Of a stretch of 64,000 bases of DNA, positions 31,294 to 41,810 are shown one piece after another. The notes beneath the pieces are model-generated. The model saw only the letters and a program-made list of their open reading frames with translations. It did not search any database and was not told the origin of the DNA. The DNA is from an uncultured Fibrobacterota bacterium. Lineage in GTDB: Bacteria > Fibrobacterota > Chitinivibrionia > Chitinivibrionales > FEN-1185. A program made the position numbers and the translations under genes. The stretch covers positions 32,001 through 96,000 of the forward strand of contig CAVSQB010000010.1 in NCBI GenBank assembly GCA_963729895.1, given 5' to 3'. Within the stretch, counting starts at the first letter, position 1. Each line of letters starts with the position of its first letter.

Positions 31294-31833
31294 TCATTTC
31301 ACCATCTTCATCAGCGTCTCAACAAACGCTTTGGCGTCCTGCCTTGACCTTTCCGGCTTGTCGTACCCGGTAAGGACCAATTCGAAATAGAAACTTTCGC
31401 TGCTCGCGTAGGCCACGCATCCGCCGATGACTTCGTCGGAGAAACCGTCGGCCTTCCTTGCACCCGGCAGCGGTTTGGGGTCTGAGGCGGCCTTTCGCTT
31501 CTCTTTCAGCATGGATTGCGCCCGCGCCCGGGTGCCGAAATCATCTATGTAAATCTTTGCCGACCTGTTGTCAGCAGCGGCTAATTCGAACACAATGCCG
31601 CCTACAAGCCCAGGTTTTTCGTACTCCACCGCACCGCCGTCGATGAGCTCGTACAGTTCTTTTGTGCCAAAGGAGTGGAACCCGTCTTTTTGCTCGGTCC
31701 ATCCGGCAACGCCGGCCGCGGCCGTTCGGAACGCGGCAAGTTTCACGGAATCAGGACGGGCGGCAAACGATCCGATGACGCATAGAAGAATGATTCCGGC
31801 GGTCGCCGCAGCGGTTCTCGCGCAAAACGTCAT
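31294..31833 (-). CDS. Secreted hypothetical protein (DUF6599-like)
   Basis: Signal peptide; 'GW......F..ELYELIDGGA.EY'; adjacent to a DUF362 gene. Confidence 0.6.
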   Translation of the reverse strand: MTFCARTAAATAGIILLCVIGSFAARPDSVKLAAFRTAAAGVAGWTEQKDGFHSFGTKELYELIDGGAVEYEKPGLVGGIVFELAAADNRSAKIYIDDFGTRARAQSMLKEKRKAASDPKPLPGARKADGFSDEVIGGCVAYASSESFYFELVLTGYDKPERSRQDAKAFVETLMKMVK

Positions 31834-31850
31834 TGTCCCTCCACATACGG

Positions 31851-32915
31851 TCAGGCGACCGGGTCAATGTTTACCAGGTCGAGGTTCTCGAAATTGACAT
31901 ACCCGAATTCCGACATGATCCGGTTGAGCGCGGGCGGATGCGAGCATCCCATGAGCGGCTCCCGCACCCGGCGTGCAACAAGGTAATCCACCGCGGGCGA
32001 AAAAGTGCCCATGGACAGCACGCACGGCCGCTTGTTCGGAACGCCGAAAGGCCCCTTTGTGTTGGCCCAGATTGAATCGACGATGCACAACTGCTGCCGA
32101 ACCGGCGAGCCGCCGAGAAGCGCGTCCGACTTGCTGAACGCAATGATATAATCGAGACCGCCTCCCAGGTGAATGGGCAGGGCCTCGAACGTTCCGGCGT
32201 GATTCTTCATTGTCAAAGTCGTGCCGGCATACGGAGTACCCTTGTTAACCGCGATGTTCACCAGGATGTCGATTGTTCCGTTCGCAATCGCCGCCGTGCA
32301 TTTGAATGTCCCCTTGTGCGGAGCCGGCACGGGTGCGGCCGCCATGCCTCCCAGCAGATCGTTCTTGTTGCTTACCGCAACCCCTGCCAGGATTCCGTTT
32401 CCGGCAAAGGGCCCGTACAGGGGCCTGGCGTTGCCGTTCCCGTCGTAGAGAATGATGGCGGCCGGCGGCACGCCCAAACTCACCAGTGCGCGGCACACCG
32501 CATCCACCACCGCGACACGCGGGTGATTGTCGCCAAGACAATTGAGTTTGATGGCGACCTTCACCTCCTGCCATTCTTTTGACGCGGGCTTGCGGAAGAC
32601 GGCGCCCCATGCCTCATGCGGGGTTGCTTTCTGGGAAAGTCCGATGGCAAGCGCGTCCATGGTACGGATGATCCTTTCCGTAGCCACCGGCGCGTTCTGC
32701 GATGCCATGTCCCATTTTCGCGGGTCGCCCAGGATCAGGTTCGGGTCACGGCAGCTTACCACACGCAGGTTGTCGATATTCGGATTGATCTGCTTTCTAT
32801 CAATCCAACCGCCCTTGTTCTCCTCGGTGAACGCAGGAAACAAGCCGGCAGCCGCGAGGCCGGCGGCGGAAGCCATGAACGAACGCCGGGAAACAAGGTT
32901 CTTTCTTCTCACCAC
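31851..32915 (-). CDS. Tat-exported DUF362-domain protein
   Basis: Twin-arginine 'SRRSFM'; 'KVAIKLNC', 'TLTMKNHAG', 'SPAVD'; AAGGAG RBS before GTG. Confidence 0.75.
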   Translation of the reverse strand: MVRRKNLVSRRSFMASAAGLAAAGLFPAFTEENKGGWIDRKQINPNIDNLRVVSCRDPNLILGDPRKWDMASQNAPVATERIIRTMDALAIGLSQKATPHEAWGAVFRKPASKEWQEVKVAIKLNCLGDNHPRVAVVDAVCRALVSLGVPPAAIILYDGNGNARPLYGPFAGNGILAGVAVSNKNDLLGGMAAAPVPAPHKGTFKCTAAIANGTIDILVNIAVNKGTPYAGTTLTMKNHAGTFEALPIHLGGGLDYIIAFSKSDALLGGSPVRQQLCIVDSIWANTKGPFGVPNKRPCVLSMGTFSPAVDYLVARRVREPLMGCSHPPALNRIMSEFGYVNFENLDLVNIDPVA

Positions 32916-33046
32916 AGAACTCCTTAACCTGGAAGACGAAGAGAAACGGTTTACGGCGACCCGCGGAAAATACGTCCGCCGGGCCCGGCGAATTGCCGAA
33001 AAGTTGCGCAAGGTCCCCGAGGGAAGGAAAGGCCGGTGTGCGCTGG

Positions 33047-34294
33047 TCAGGATGTCGAGGAACGGTTTTCGGTTGCCGCGTCAAACAAAGACATTTGTTG
33101 GACTTCCGGCTTTTTTGCGGCCGGTTTGGCGGGCCCGAACACGGTCATCCCGCCGTATTCGTGCGAATGGTCGCGTTCGTGGCGGATCACCCTGTCGACG
33201 TCTGCAAACGGATCGTGACGCTGTTCGATGAGCCGTGCCATGCGGCCGAGCACTTCAATGCTCCGCAGTTTGTCGCTCCGGCCGATTCTTGCCTTGTCAA
33301 CCGCCGCACGCAGGACCGAGATACTCTCATCGTATACCGCAAGCGGTACGGGGAACGGATGGCCGTCCTTGCCTCCGTGCGCAAACGCGAAGCGTGCGGG
33401 ATCGGAAAACCGGCTGGGCGCGCCGTAGATCACCTCGCTGACAAGCGCGAGCGACTGGACGGTCCGCGGCCCCACGCCCGGCAGCAGCAGAGCGTCAACG
33501 AAGGTACGGTATTGCTTTTCGTACGCGAGCGTGAGCACCGCGCCGAGCCGCCTGGAATCCACGTGCCGCGGCCGGACCGCATGATCGCGGTCGAGAATGA
33601 GGCGGCGGATTTCCCGCAACTGGCTGTCCGGATTCGTGGACAGAAACTCCACGATCCCGCGCCTGTTTTTGTCCGAGCGCGAATCACTCAAGTTCATTAT
33701 TTCGCCCAGATTTCGGCCCACAATCGCGGCATGAGGATCGTCCACGAAGGACGTGACGGTTGCCGAATGCCAATGATACCGCCGCGCCATTCGCGACGCC
33801 GTATTCATCCCCTGCTGGATCACGGCCCACTCGCCCGATCCGGAAACCACAAACGAGTGCAGATACAGGCTGAACCCGTCGAGCACGCACGTGTTGTCGA
33901 CTTTGGCGGAAAGTTTTGACGCGCGCACGAGCGCATTGCCGTCCAGGCCCGTGCGGTCGGAAAAATCCAGAAGTTCCCGCGGGGTCGCCAGCGAATGTTT
34001 TCCCCTGCCGCCGCAGATGTAAAGCCCCACCTCGCCGAAAATCGGGTTGACCGCGGCCTTGAGCGCGCCCATCACCGTGGTGGTGATTCCCGAGGAATGC
34101 CAATCCATACCCATGACGCACCCGAGCGCCTGGAACCAGAACGGATCGGAAAGCCTGGCCAGCACCTGCGACGGCCCGTGTTCAATCACAAGCGCGCGTA
34201 CGATCTCGCGGCCGATGGCGACCATGCGGGAGTGCAGCCACCCGGGTACGCGGCCGCCGTGCAGCGGAAGGTCTGCAGTGCCGGATCGTTTCAT
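33047..34294 (-). CDS. DUF763-domain protein
   Basis: 'ADLPLHGGRVP', 'SDPFWFQALGCVMGMDWHSSGITT', 'FAHGGKDGHPFPV'. Confidence 0.9.
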   Translation of the reverse strand: MKRSGTADLPLHGGRVPGWLHSRMVAIGREIVRALVIEHGPSQVLARLSDPFWFQALGCVMGMDWHSSGITTTVMGALKAAVNPIFGEVGLYICGGRGKHSLATPRELLDFSDRTGLDGNALVRASKLSAKVDNTCVLDGFSLYLHSFVVSGSGEWAVIQQGMNTASRMARRYHWHSATVTSFVDDPHAAIVGRNLGEIMNLSDSRSDKNRRGIVEFLSTNPDSQLREIRRLILDRDHAVRPRHVDSRRLGAVLTLAYEKQYRTFVDALLLPGVGPRTVQSLALVSEVIYGAPSRFSDPARFAFAHGGKDGHPFPVPLAVYDESISVLRAAVDKARIGRSDKLRSIEVLGRMARLIEQRHDPFADVDRVIRHERDHSHEYGGMTVFGPAKPAAKKPEVQQMSLFDAATENRSSTS

Positions 34295-34759
34295 ACTGAG
34301 TTCCAAGGTGCGCTCACCGCAAAGGCGCAAAGATCGCACAGAATGCGCGAAGAGGAAATGTGATGGAAATATACTTGCGATTGCAGGGTTTGATGCTGTT
34401 TTCTCCGCGCCTCGGCATTACCCAATGTATATTAGGGAACCTTTGTCGGCCGGTTGCCGCAGTCGCTCGCCATTTTCCAGGGTACCTCGATAAGCTTTTG
34501 GCTGATTCGCAATCCCTCGATAGTTCGGGTGTCGCCGTAATCCAGTGCTTCAAAGAAAACGGTTCTTGTGGTTCAGAAGTGCACGATATATTAAGGACCT
34601 TTGAGAATTCCATTTTTATCTCTCTGTTTCCTACTGGCGTGAACAACTGAAACCGATCGCTATGCGTTTCAATTTCCAAAACATCTCTTCAAGGGACCCG
34701 TTATTTCCAACCCCCCCGTTACATCACAGCTATCAGTCAGAACCGGTGAATCACCGTCA

Positions 34760-36535
<1,776 letters not shown>

Positions 36536-36602
36536 CCTGACGCCTTGTATCGGCGGCGGGTGATCAAGTATTTTTGTCACGTTCCTGTGACCGAACCGTG
36601 GC

Positions 36603-37403
36603 TTGACATTCTCAACTCTTCCGGAAGCCCCGATGTTCACCGTTGGCAATCTGCAATCCGGGCGCCGCGTGCGCGCCGAGCAAGACAAAGTGCTCTCGTA
36701 CATGAACGAGCACGATTGTTTTGTTCCCGACCGCAACTGGATTTTGTCTCTTCTGCTGCCGGACGCCGGCGCTTCGGTCCTCGACATCGGCCCGAACGTG
36801 TACCTGTTCCGGCATCTGGTGGGCCCGGAAAAGCGTGGCAAGTATTCCTATAAGGCAATGGATCTGGAGCGGCGGTACGGCGACGAGGATGTCTGCCAGG
36901 TTGTTCACGATGCAAACACGGCGCCCTATCCGTTTCCCGACGCCTCATTCGACATCATCATAGCCTCGGACGTCATCGAGCACCTGCGGGAAACCGACGT
37001 CTTCCTCGCGGAAGTCGTCCGGTTGCTCAAACCGGACGGCGAGTTCTTTCTCTCGACCCCGAACTACGCGAGCCTGTTCTGCATCGCAAAGACGCTTCGC
37101 GGCGCCATGTTTCACGATCCGCTGGGACGCGAACTCGACAGGTACTGCTTTAAGGAGCATGTCCACTTCTTTACACACCGGGGAATCGTCCCGTACCTCC
37201 GGCACGCCGGTTTGCACACCAGGCACATCATAACCAGCGGCCTCAAAACGGACATAGACTTTGCGCGCCGGCACGGCCGATGGGGGCGCGTCTTGACTTA
37301 TGCGTTCAACACGGTTTCGGGGCTCAGCTACCGGTTCTCACCGGAAATACTGCTGGTAGCCTCGAAATCTCCGGGAAATTGCGACATTCTGGCAGTGCGG
37401 TAG
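36603..37403 (+). CDS. Class I SAM-dependent methyltransferase (start 36603 or 36633)
   Basis: 'VLDIGP', 'PFPDASFDIIIASDVIEHL', 'LLKPDGEFFLSTPN', 'EHVHFF'. Confidence 0.85.
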   Translation: MTFSTLPEAPMFTVGNLQSGRRVRAEQDKVLSYMNEHDCFVPDRNWILSLLLPDAGASVLDIGPNVYLFRHLVGPEKRGKYSYKAMDLERRYGDEDVCQVVHDANTAPYPFPDASFDIIIASDVIEHLRETDVFLAEVVRLLKPDGEFFLSTPNYASLFCIAKTLRGAMFHDPLGRELDRYCFKEHVHFFTHRGIVPYLRHAGLHTRHIITSGLKTDIDFARRHGRWGRVLTYAFNTVSGLSYRFSPEILLVASKSPGNCDILAVR

Positions 37404-37429
37404 CCGCCGCAGGGGAAACACGGGCGCGC

Positions 37430-37744
37430 ATGTGGACATTTGCGATTAAGAAAGCCGATCTCCGCCGGAACGGGTTCGTCCGCGCCTATCCGAAGGGCGT
37501 CGCGGTGCTGGTGGTGGAGAACGGCGACGGCGTGCATGCCGTGTCGTCCAACTGCCCCCACATGGGTTGTTCGCTGGGGGGCGCGTTGATCGAGGGAACC
37601 GTTGTCCGGTGCCCGTGCCACGGGTGGCGGTTCGACACAACGACAGGCAGGTTCATTGACGCCCCGGAAATTTCACTCGACACCTATCCGGTAAAGATCG
37701 AAAACGGAAACATACTCATAAACCTCGGCAAGGAAGCAGTATGA
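37430..37744 (+). CDS. Rieske [2Fe-2S] ferredoxin
   Basis: 'CPHMG...CPCHGWRFD'. Confidence 0.9.
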   Translation: MWTFAIKKADLRRNGFVRAYPKGVAVLVVENGDGVHAVSSNCPHMGCSLGGALIEGTVVRCPCHGWRFDTTTGRFIDAPEISLDTYPVKIENGNILINLGKEAV

Positions 37745-37989
37745 AGAAAGTCACGCTGTACGCGCTCAGCACCTGTCCCTGGTGCAAAAAGGCAAAACAG
37801 TACCTCGCAAAACAGAAGATTCCCTTTCGCTATGTGGAATACGATCTCGCTTCCGAAGACGAACAGGAGGAAATAATGGATTTGATCGGCGAATGCGGCG
37901 GCACCGGAGAATTCCCGTTTGTCCTCATCGGCCGCCAGGGAGTCAACGGGTACGATCCCGACGAATACGCACGGCTGCTCGGTAAATAG
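37741..37989 (+). CDS. Glutaredoxin/NrdH-like redoxin
   Basis: 'LSTCPWCKKAK', cis-Pro 'EFPFV'; ATGA overlap with the upstream Rieske gene. Confidence 0.9.
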   Translation: MKKVTLYALSTCPWCKKAKQYLAKQKIPFRYVEYDLASEDEQEEIMDLIGECGGTGEFPFVLIGRQGVNGYDPDEYARLLGK

Positions 37990-37992
37990 CCC

Positions 37993-38337
37993 ATGGACGC
38001 GCGAGAGAGAAAGCAAGACCTGAGGTTCCTTTTCGGTCCCCTCGTGGATGCGCTCGGGTACAAATTCAGCCCCGACGGCGATCTGGTGGAGTTCCTGCTC
38101 GAACAGGAAGTGAAGCTTGAGGAAAAACACGGCGTTCCGTTCTGTCCGTGCCAGGCGCTCACCAGGGACCGAGAACGCAACATGACCATCGTATGTCCCT
38201 GCATACCCTTTCACCGGAAACACTACGATGCCATGAAACGGTGCTGGTGCGGGCTCTATGTTCACAAGGACGTGACCGACCCGGACGCGCTCAAACAAAT
38301 TCCGGCTTCGGCGGTAAAAGAAGAAGTTGAAAGTTGA
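37993..38337 (+). CDS. Ferredoxin-thioredoxin reductase catalytic-subunit-like protein
   Basis: CPC..CPC..CxC motifs: 'FCPCQ', 'VCPCI', 'RCWCGLY'. Confidence 0.88.
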   Translation: MDARERKQDLRFLFGPLVDALGYKFSPDGDLVEFLLEQEVKLEEKHGVPFCPCQALTRDRERNMTIVCPCIPFHRKHYDAMKRCWCGLYVHKDVTDPDALKQIPASAVKEEVES

Positions 38338-38451
38338 CAGTTAACAGTTGACGGAAACTCACTGACGTCTTGAAAGCAAGCCGTCAATCACATGAATCTG
38401 GAATCTGAAATCAAGAATCTACACCCACTTGTCACCCCAGACAAAAAACCT

Positions 38452-38835
38452 ATGAGAAAGAGAATCGCATCAATCACCGATGTCGCCCCCGGCGGAATCA
38501 AATCCTTTGAACTGGACGGACGAGAGATCATTCTATGCAACGACAACGGGGCGTTCTACGCGCTTGAACGGCGGTGCGGGCACATGAATGCGCCCTGTGA
38601 AATGGGCACGCTTCGGGGCTACATTCTCACCTGCCCGATGCATTTCGCGCAATTCGACATCCGCACGGGGAAAACCCTCAAGAAGCCGTTTATGAAATCG
38701 GAACCCGAAGGCCTGCCGGAAAAGTTCAGGAATTTCTTTGAGCACAAGGAAGAGATGGTTGCGAAGATCAACACCTGCGATTTGAAGACGTTCAAGGTGT
38801 CGATTGACGGTGAAGACATCAGCCTCGACCTGTAA
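38452..38835 (+). CDS. Rieske [2Fe-2S] ferredoxin (start 38452 or 38392)
   Basis: 'RCGHMNA...TCPMHFAQFD'. Confidence 0.88.
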   Translation: MRKRIASITDVAPGGIKSFELDGREIILCNDNGAFYALERRCGHMNAPCEMGTLRGYILTCPMHFAQFDIRTGKTLKKPFMKSEPEGLPEKFRNFFEHKEEMVAKINTCDLKTFKVSIDGEDISLDL

Positions 38836-38860
38836 CGTTCCCTCCACTTTGTTACTTGGA

Positions 38861-38888
38861 TTGGAAGACCCCGCAGCAAGCGGCGGAG
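38861..38888. repeat. REP-like palindrome, dispersed family member 2
   Basis: TTGGAAGACCCCGCAGCAAGCGGCGGAG between convergent genes. Confidence 0.5.
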
Positions 38889-38911
38889 ACCGCAAAAAGG
38901 GCCGTGGCCGG

Positions 38912-39709
38912 CTAGAAGCTGTCCTTTCTCCTTCTCAGTTCCGCAAAGACCTCGATGCCGCTCGCCGATTCCATCCCGAGCTTTTTCCGCAGGCCGGGGC
39001 TGCCGGTCCTGAGAAACGGATTGGTCGCGCGTTCAACCGCGATGGTCGAGGGTACCGTGGGCATGCCGCGGCGCTGCATATACTTGACATCGGCGAGTCT
39101 CTGCCACACCTCTTTGTTTTCCGGCTCCACCGTTGTCGCGAACAGGAGGTTCTCTTCGGTGTATTCGTGGCCGCAGTAGACCGACGTGTTGTCGTCCACG
39201 CACACACAGCGGATAAGGGACAGCAGCATTTCGGCCGGCGTTCCCTCGAGCATCCGTCCGCACCCCGCGCAGAACAGGGTGTCGCCGGTGAACATGGCGC
39301 GCAAGCTGGGGAAATGATACACCACGTGGGTCGCCGTGTGCCCCGGCGTGCCGATCACTTCGAGCCGCTCCGATAGGACGGAACGCTCGTCACCGTCGTG
39401 CACGGCATCATTGACGTACGGGATGCGGGTGTCGTCGGGACCGAGTACGGCGCACTGGTGGGCGTTCTTGAGTTCTTCGGCGCCCGCGCAGTGGTCGGCA
39501 TGATGGTGGGTAATAAGAACGTGCGTCAGCGTGAGACCAGCACGATTGACAAATCGCGTCACGGGTTCCGCGTCTCCGGGATCCACAACGGCGGCGAATT
39601 TCCCGTTGTGCAATATCCACGCGTAGTTGTTCGATAGCACCGGCACGAGAACAATGGCGATTTCCGTGGCACCCTCCCTTCCGTACCGGCCCGCATCGAT
39701 TTGGCCCAT
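38912..39709 (-). CDS. gloB: Hydroxyacylglutathione hydrolase (glyoxalase II)
   Basis: 'VVDPG', 'THHHADH', 'TPGHT', 'FTGDTLFCAGCGR', 'CGHEYT', 'TNPFLR'. Confidence 0.93.
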   Translation of the reverse strand: MGQIDAGRYGREGATEIAIVLVPVLSNNYAWILHNGKFAAVVDPGDAEPVTRFVNRAGLTLTHVLITHHHADHCAGAEELKNAHQCAVLGPDDTRIPYVNDAVHDGDERSVLSERLEVIGTPGHTATHVVYHFPSLRAMFTGDTLFCAGCGRMLEGTPAEMLLSLIRCVCVDDNTSVYCGHEYTEENLLFATTVEPENKEVWQRLADVKYMQRRGMPTVPSTIAVERATNPFLRTGSPGLRKKLGMESASGIEVFAELRRRKDSF

Positions 39710-39815
39710 GGAAAAATAGGGCTTTCTATGCCAAAAAAGCAAACATTAGAGTATTTTTCTTTTTTAAAAACCCGTGCCGCGGACCTTGTTGCATTCCACG
39801 AGGGATTCTCTCACC

Positions 39816-40994
39816 GTGCGCTATTCGAGCATCGACATTTTTTGCCGCGTCATAGACAATTTCGGCGACGCCGGGGTCGTGTACCGGTTTGCAAAGGAAT
39901 TTCTACTCGCCCGCCCCGCCTGCCGCCTGCGTGTCTTCTGCGACGGCCTGAATCTGTTTTCCCTCCTGCGCCCCGGGATCGACGCGGACAAAACCGTCCA
40001 GGAGTGCGGTGGAATCCTTTTTGTGAATTTTAGCCGTCTCGACCGGACGGGATGGCTGGAGCTCGGCCCGGCCGACGTGGTGGTGGAGGCGTTCGGCTGC
40101 GACATCCCCGCCGCGTACCGGACCGGCATTCTTTTCCGGCCGGGTGCCTGGATAAACCTTGAGTACCTTTCGGCCGAGCCATGGGTTGACGGATACCACA
40201 AACGGCAATCTCTCACGGGGACCGGCGGGGTCAAAAAGTATTTCTTTATGCCGGGATTTACGGCGGAGTCGGGCGGGGTGATCATCGATTCCGCGGTTGA
40301 ACATGCGAAAGCAGATCTCGCTTCGCACCGTCTGCTTCACCTCAACGCGCTTCTGGGACAATTCGGGGTGCATCTTGACAACACGCGCCAAACGCTCGTA
40401 TGCACCCTGTTCACCTATACGCGGGGGTTCGATACGTTCTTGGCGGACATCCGGTGCGCGTGCGAAGAAGCGTTTCTTCTTGTGTGCGGTGAAAAGAGCA
40501 GGGAGGGGATGCTCGCGTCGCTTGCGCGCACCGCGAGCCGCGCCGTCGGCGAGAATCACTATGCGGCGGGCAGCGCGCACGTCCTGTTCATGCCGTTCTT
40601 GCCCCAAAACAGGTTCGACGAACTTCTGTGTCTCGCCGATTTCAATATTGTCCGGGGCGAGGATTCGCTGGTGCGGGCCATCCTTGCGGAAAAGCCCTTC
40701 ATCTGGAACGCCTACCTCCAGGACGAGAAATACCACAAGGTAAAAGTGGCGGCATTCTGCGACGAGTTTGGAAAATACTTTGAGGACGAAACCGTATTTC
40801 GGGAGCTGCGGGACCTGTTCATGAGGTTCAACGATGCAGGAAAAGAAGAATCCAGGCAGGCGACATCGGAACGGTTCGGGCCGTTCTTCCGGGATTTGAA
40901 GAAAATCGAGCGTGCAACAAGGGAAATGAGTTATTTTATCACCCGCAATTGCAGCCTGATGGAAAAGTTCACGGATTTTTTGTCCGGAATCTGA
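39816..40994 (+). CDS. earP: EF-P arginine rhamnosyltransferase
   Basis: 'DIFCRVIDNFGDAGV', 'EAFGC', 'WINLEYLSAEPWV', 'FFMPGF', 'VRGEDS'; immediately upstream of efp. Confidence 0.93.
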   Translation: MRYSSIDIFCRVIDNFGDAGVVYRFAKEFLLARPACRLRVFCDGLNLFSLLRPGIDADKTVQECGGILFVNFSRLDRTGWLELGPADVVVEAFGCDIPAAYRTGILFRPGAWINLEYLSAEPWVDGYHKRQSLTGTGGVKKYFFMPGFTAESGGVIIDSAVEHAKADLASHRLLHLNALLGQFGVHLDNTRQTLVCTLFTYTRGFDTFLADIRCACEEAFLLVCGEKSREGMLASLARTASRAVGENHYAAGSAHVLFMPFLPQNRFDELLCLADFNIVRGEDSLVRAILAEKPFIWNAYLQDEKYHKVKVAAFCDEFGKYFEDETVFRELRDLFMRFNDAGKEESRQATSERFGPFFRDLKKIERATREMSYFITRNCSLMEKFTDFLSGI

Positions 40995-41030
40995 TCACAC
41001 AATTCTGCTATGCAAACGGAGGACGGTACG

Positions 41031-41591
41031 GTGAGAGAAGCGCAAGACCTGAGGGTCGGAAATACCCTGAAGATAGGAAACGATCTGTTTCTTGTCACCA
41101 AGTTCAGCTACAACAAGGGCGCCCGGAATGCTTCGATGGTAAAGATGAAGCTCAAAAACCTTTCGACCGGCTCGATAACGGAATCGGTGAACAAGGCGTC
41201 CGATAAGTTCGAGGACGTGGTGCTCGAACGCCGGAAAATGCAGTTTCTCTATTCATCATCAGGCGAATACTATACGTTTATGGACCAGGATGACTACGAA
41301 CAAATCGACCTGACCAAGGATGATCTTGGTGACGCTCTCAACTATCTCCAGGAACAGATGATCATCGACGTTGTCATGTTCGAGTCCAAAGCGGTCGGCG
41401 TCGAACTGCCCATCAACGTCGAAACGAAGATATCCTACACGGAACCCGCGGTTCGCGGCGACACCGGCGGCAAGGTGATGAAGATCGCAAAAACCGACAC
41501 CGGGTACGAGCTTCAGGTGCCGCTCTACGTCAACGCGGGCGACATGATCCGCATCGATACCCGCAACGGCGAATTCGTCGCGCGCGCCTGA
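41031..41591 (+). CDS. efp: Elongation factor P (arginine type)
   Basis: 'YNKGARNASMVKMKLKNL', 'YTEPAVRGDT', 'IDTRNGE'; GGAGG RBS before GTG. Confidence 0.96.
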   Translation: MREAQDLRVGNTLKIGNDLFLVTKFSYNKGARNASMVKMKLKNLSTGSITESVNKASDKFEDVVLERRKMQFLYSSSGEYYTFMDQDDYEQIDLTKDDLGDALNYLQEQMIIDVVMFESKAVGVELPINVETKISYTEPAVRGDTGGKVMKIAKTDTGYELQVPLYVNAGDMIRIDTRNGEFVARA

Positions 41592-41745
41592 GACTCGGGC
41601 GTCCCGCCTGTCGGGCACCTGCCGGCACCTTCTTCGGCTGATCGCTGAAGGTCCATCCACCTCGCCTCTTCGGTTGCATTCTTTGTTGGCCCGCCGTTTT
41701 GCAGAAACGGGAAAGCGGTTCAAGGGCGGCTTTTCGCATTAAGAT

Positions 41746-41774
41746 TTGACAAATAGCCTGTGCAAAAATGTAAT
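41746..41774 (+). promoter_or_regulatory. Candidate sigma70 promoter
   Basis: TTGACA-17 bp-TGTAAT upstream of the 41811 gene. Confidence 0.4.
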
Positions 41775-41810
41775 TTCTAACTACACCCACCCTTCCACAG
41801 GATCGGCACG

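Noticed and set aside
34314..34679. ORFs between the DUF763 gene and typA
   Set aside because: No recognisable motifs on either strand; this may be a decayed fragment or divergent promoter region, but no call can be supported
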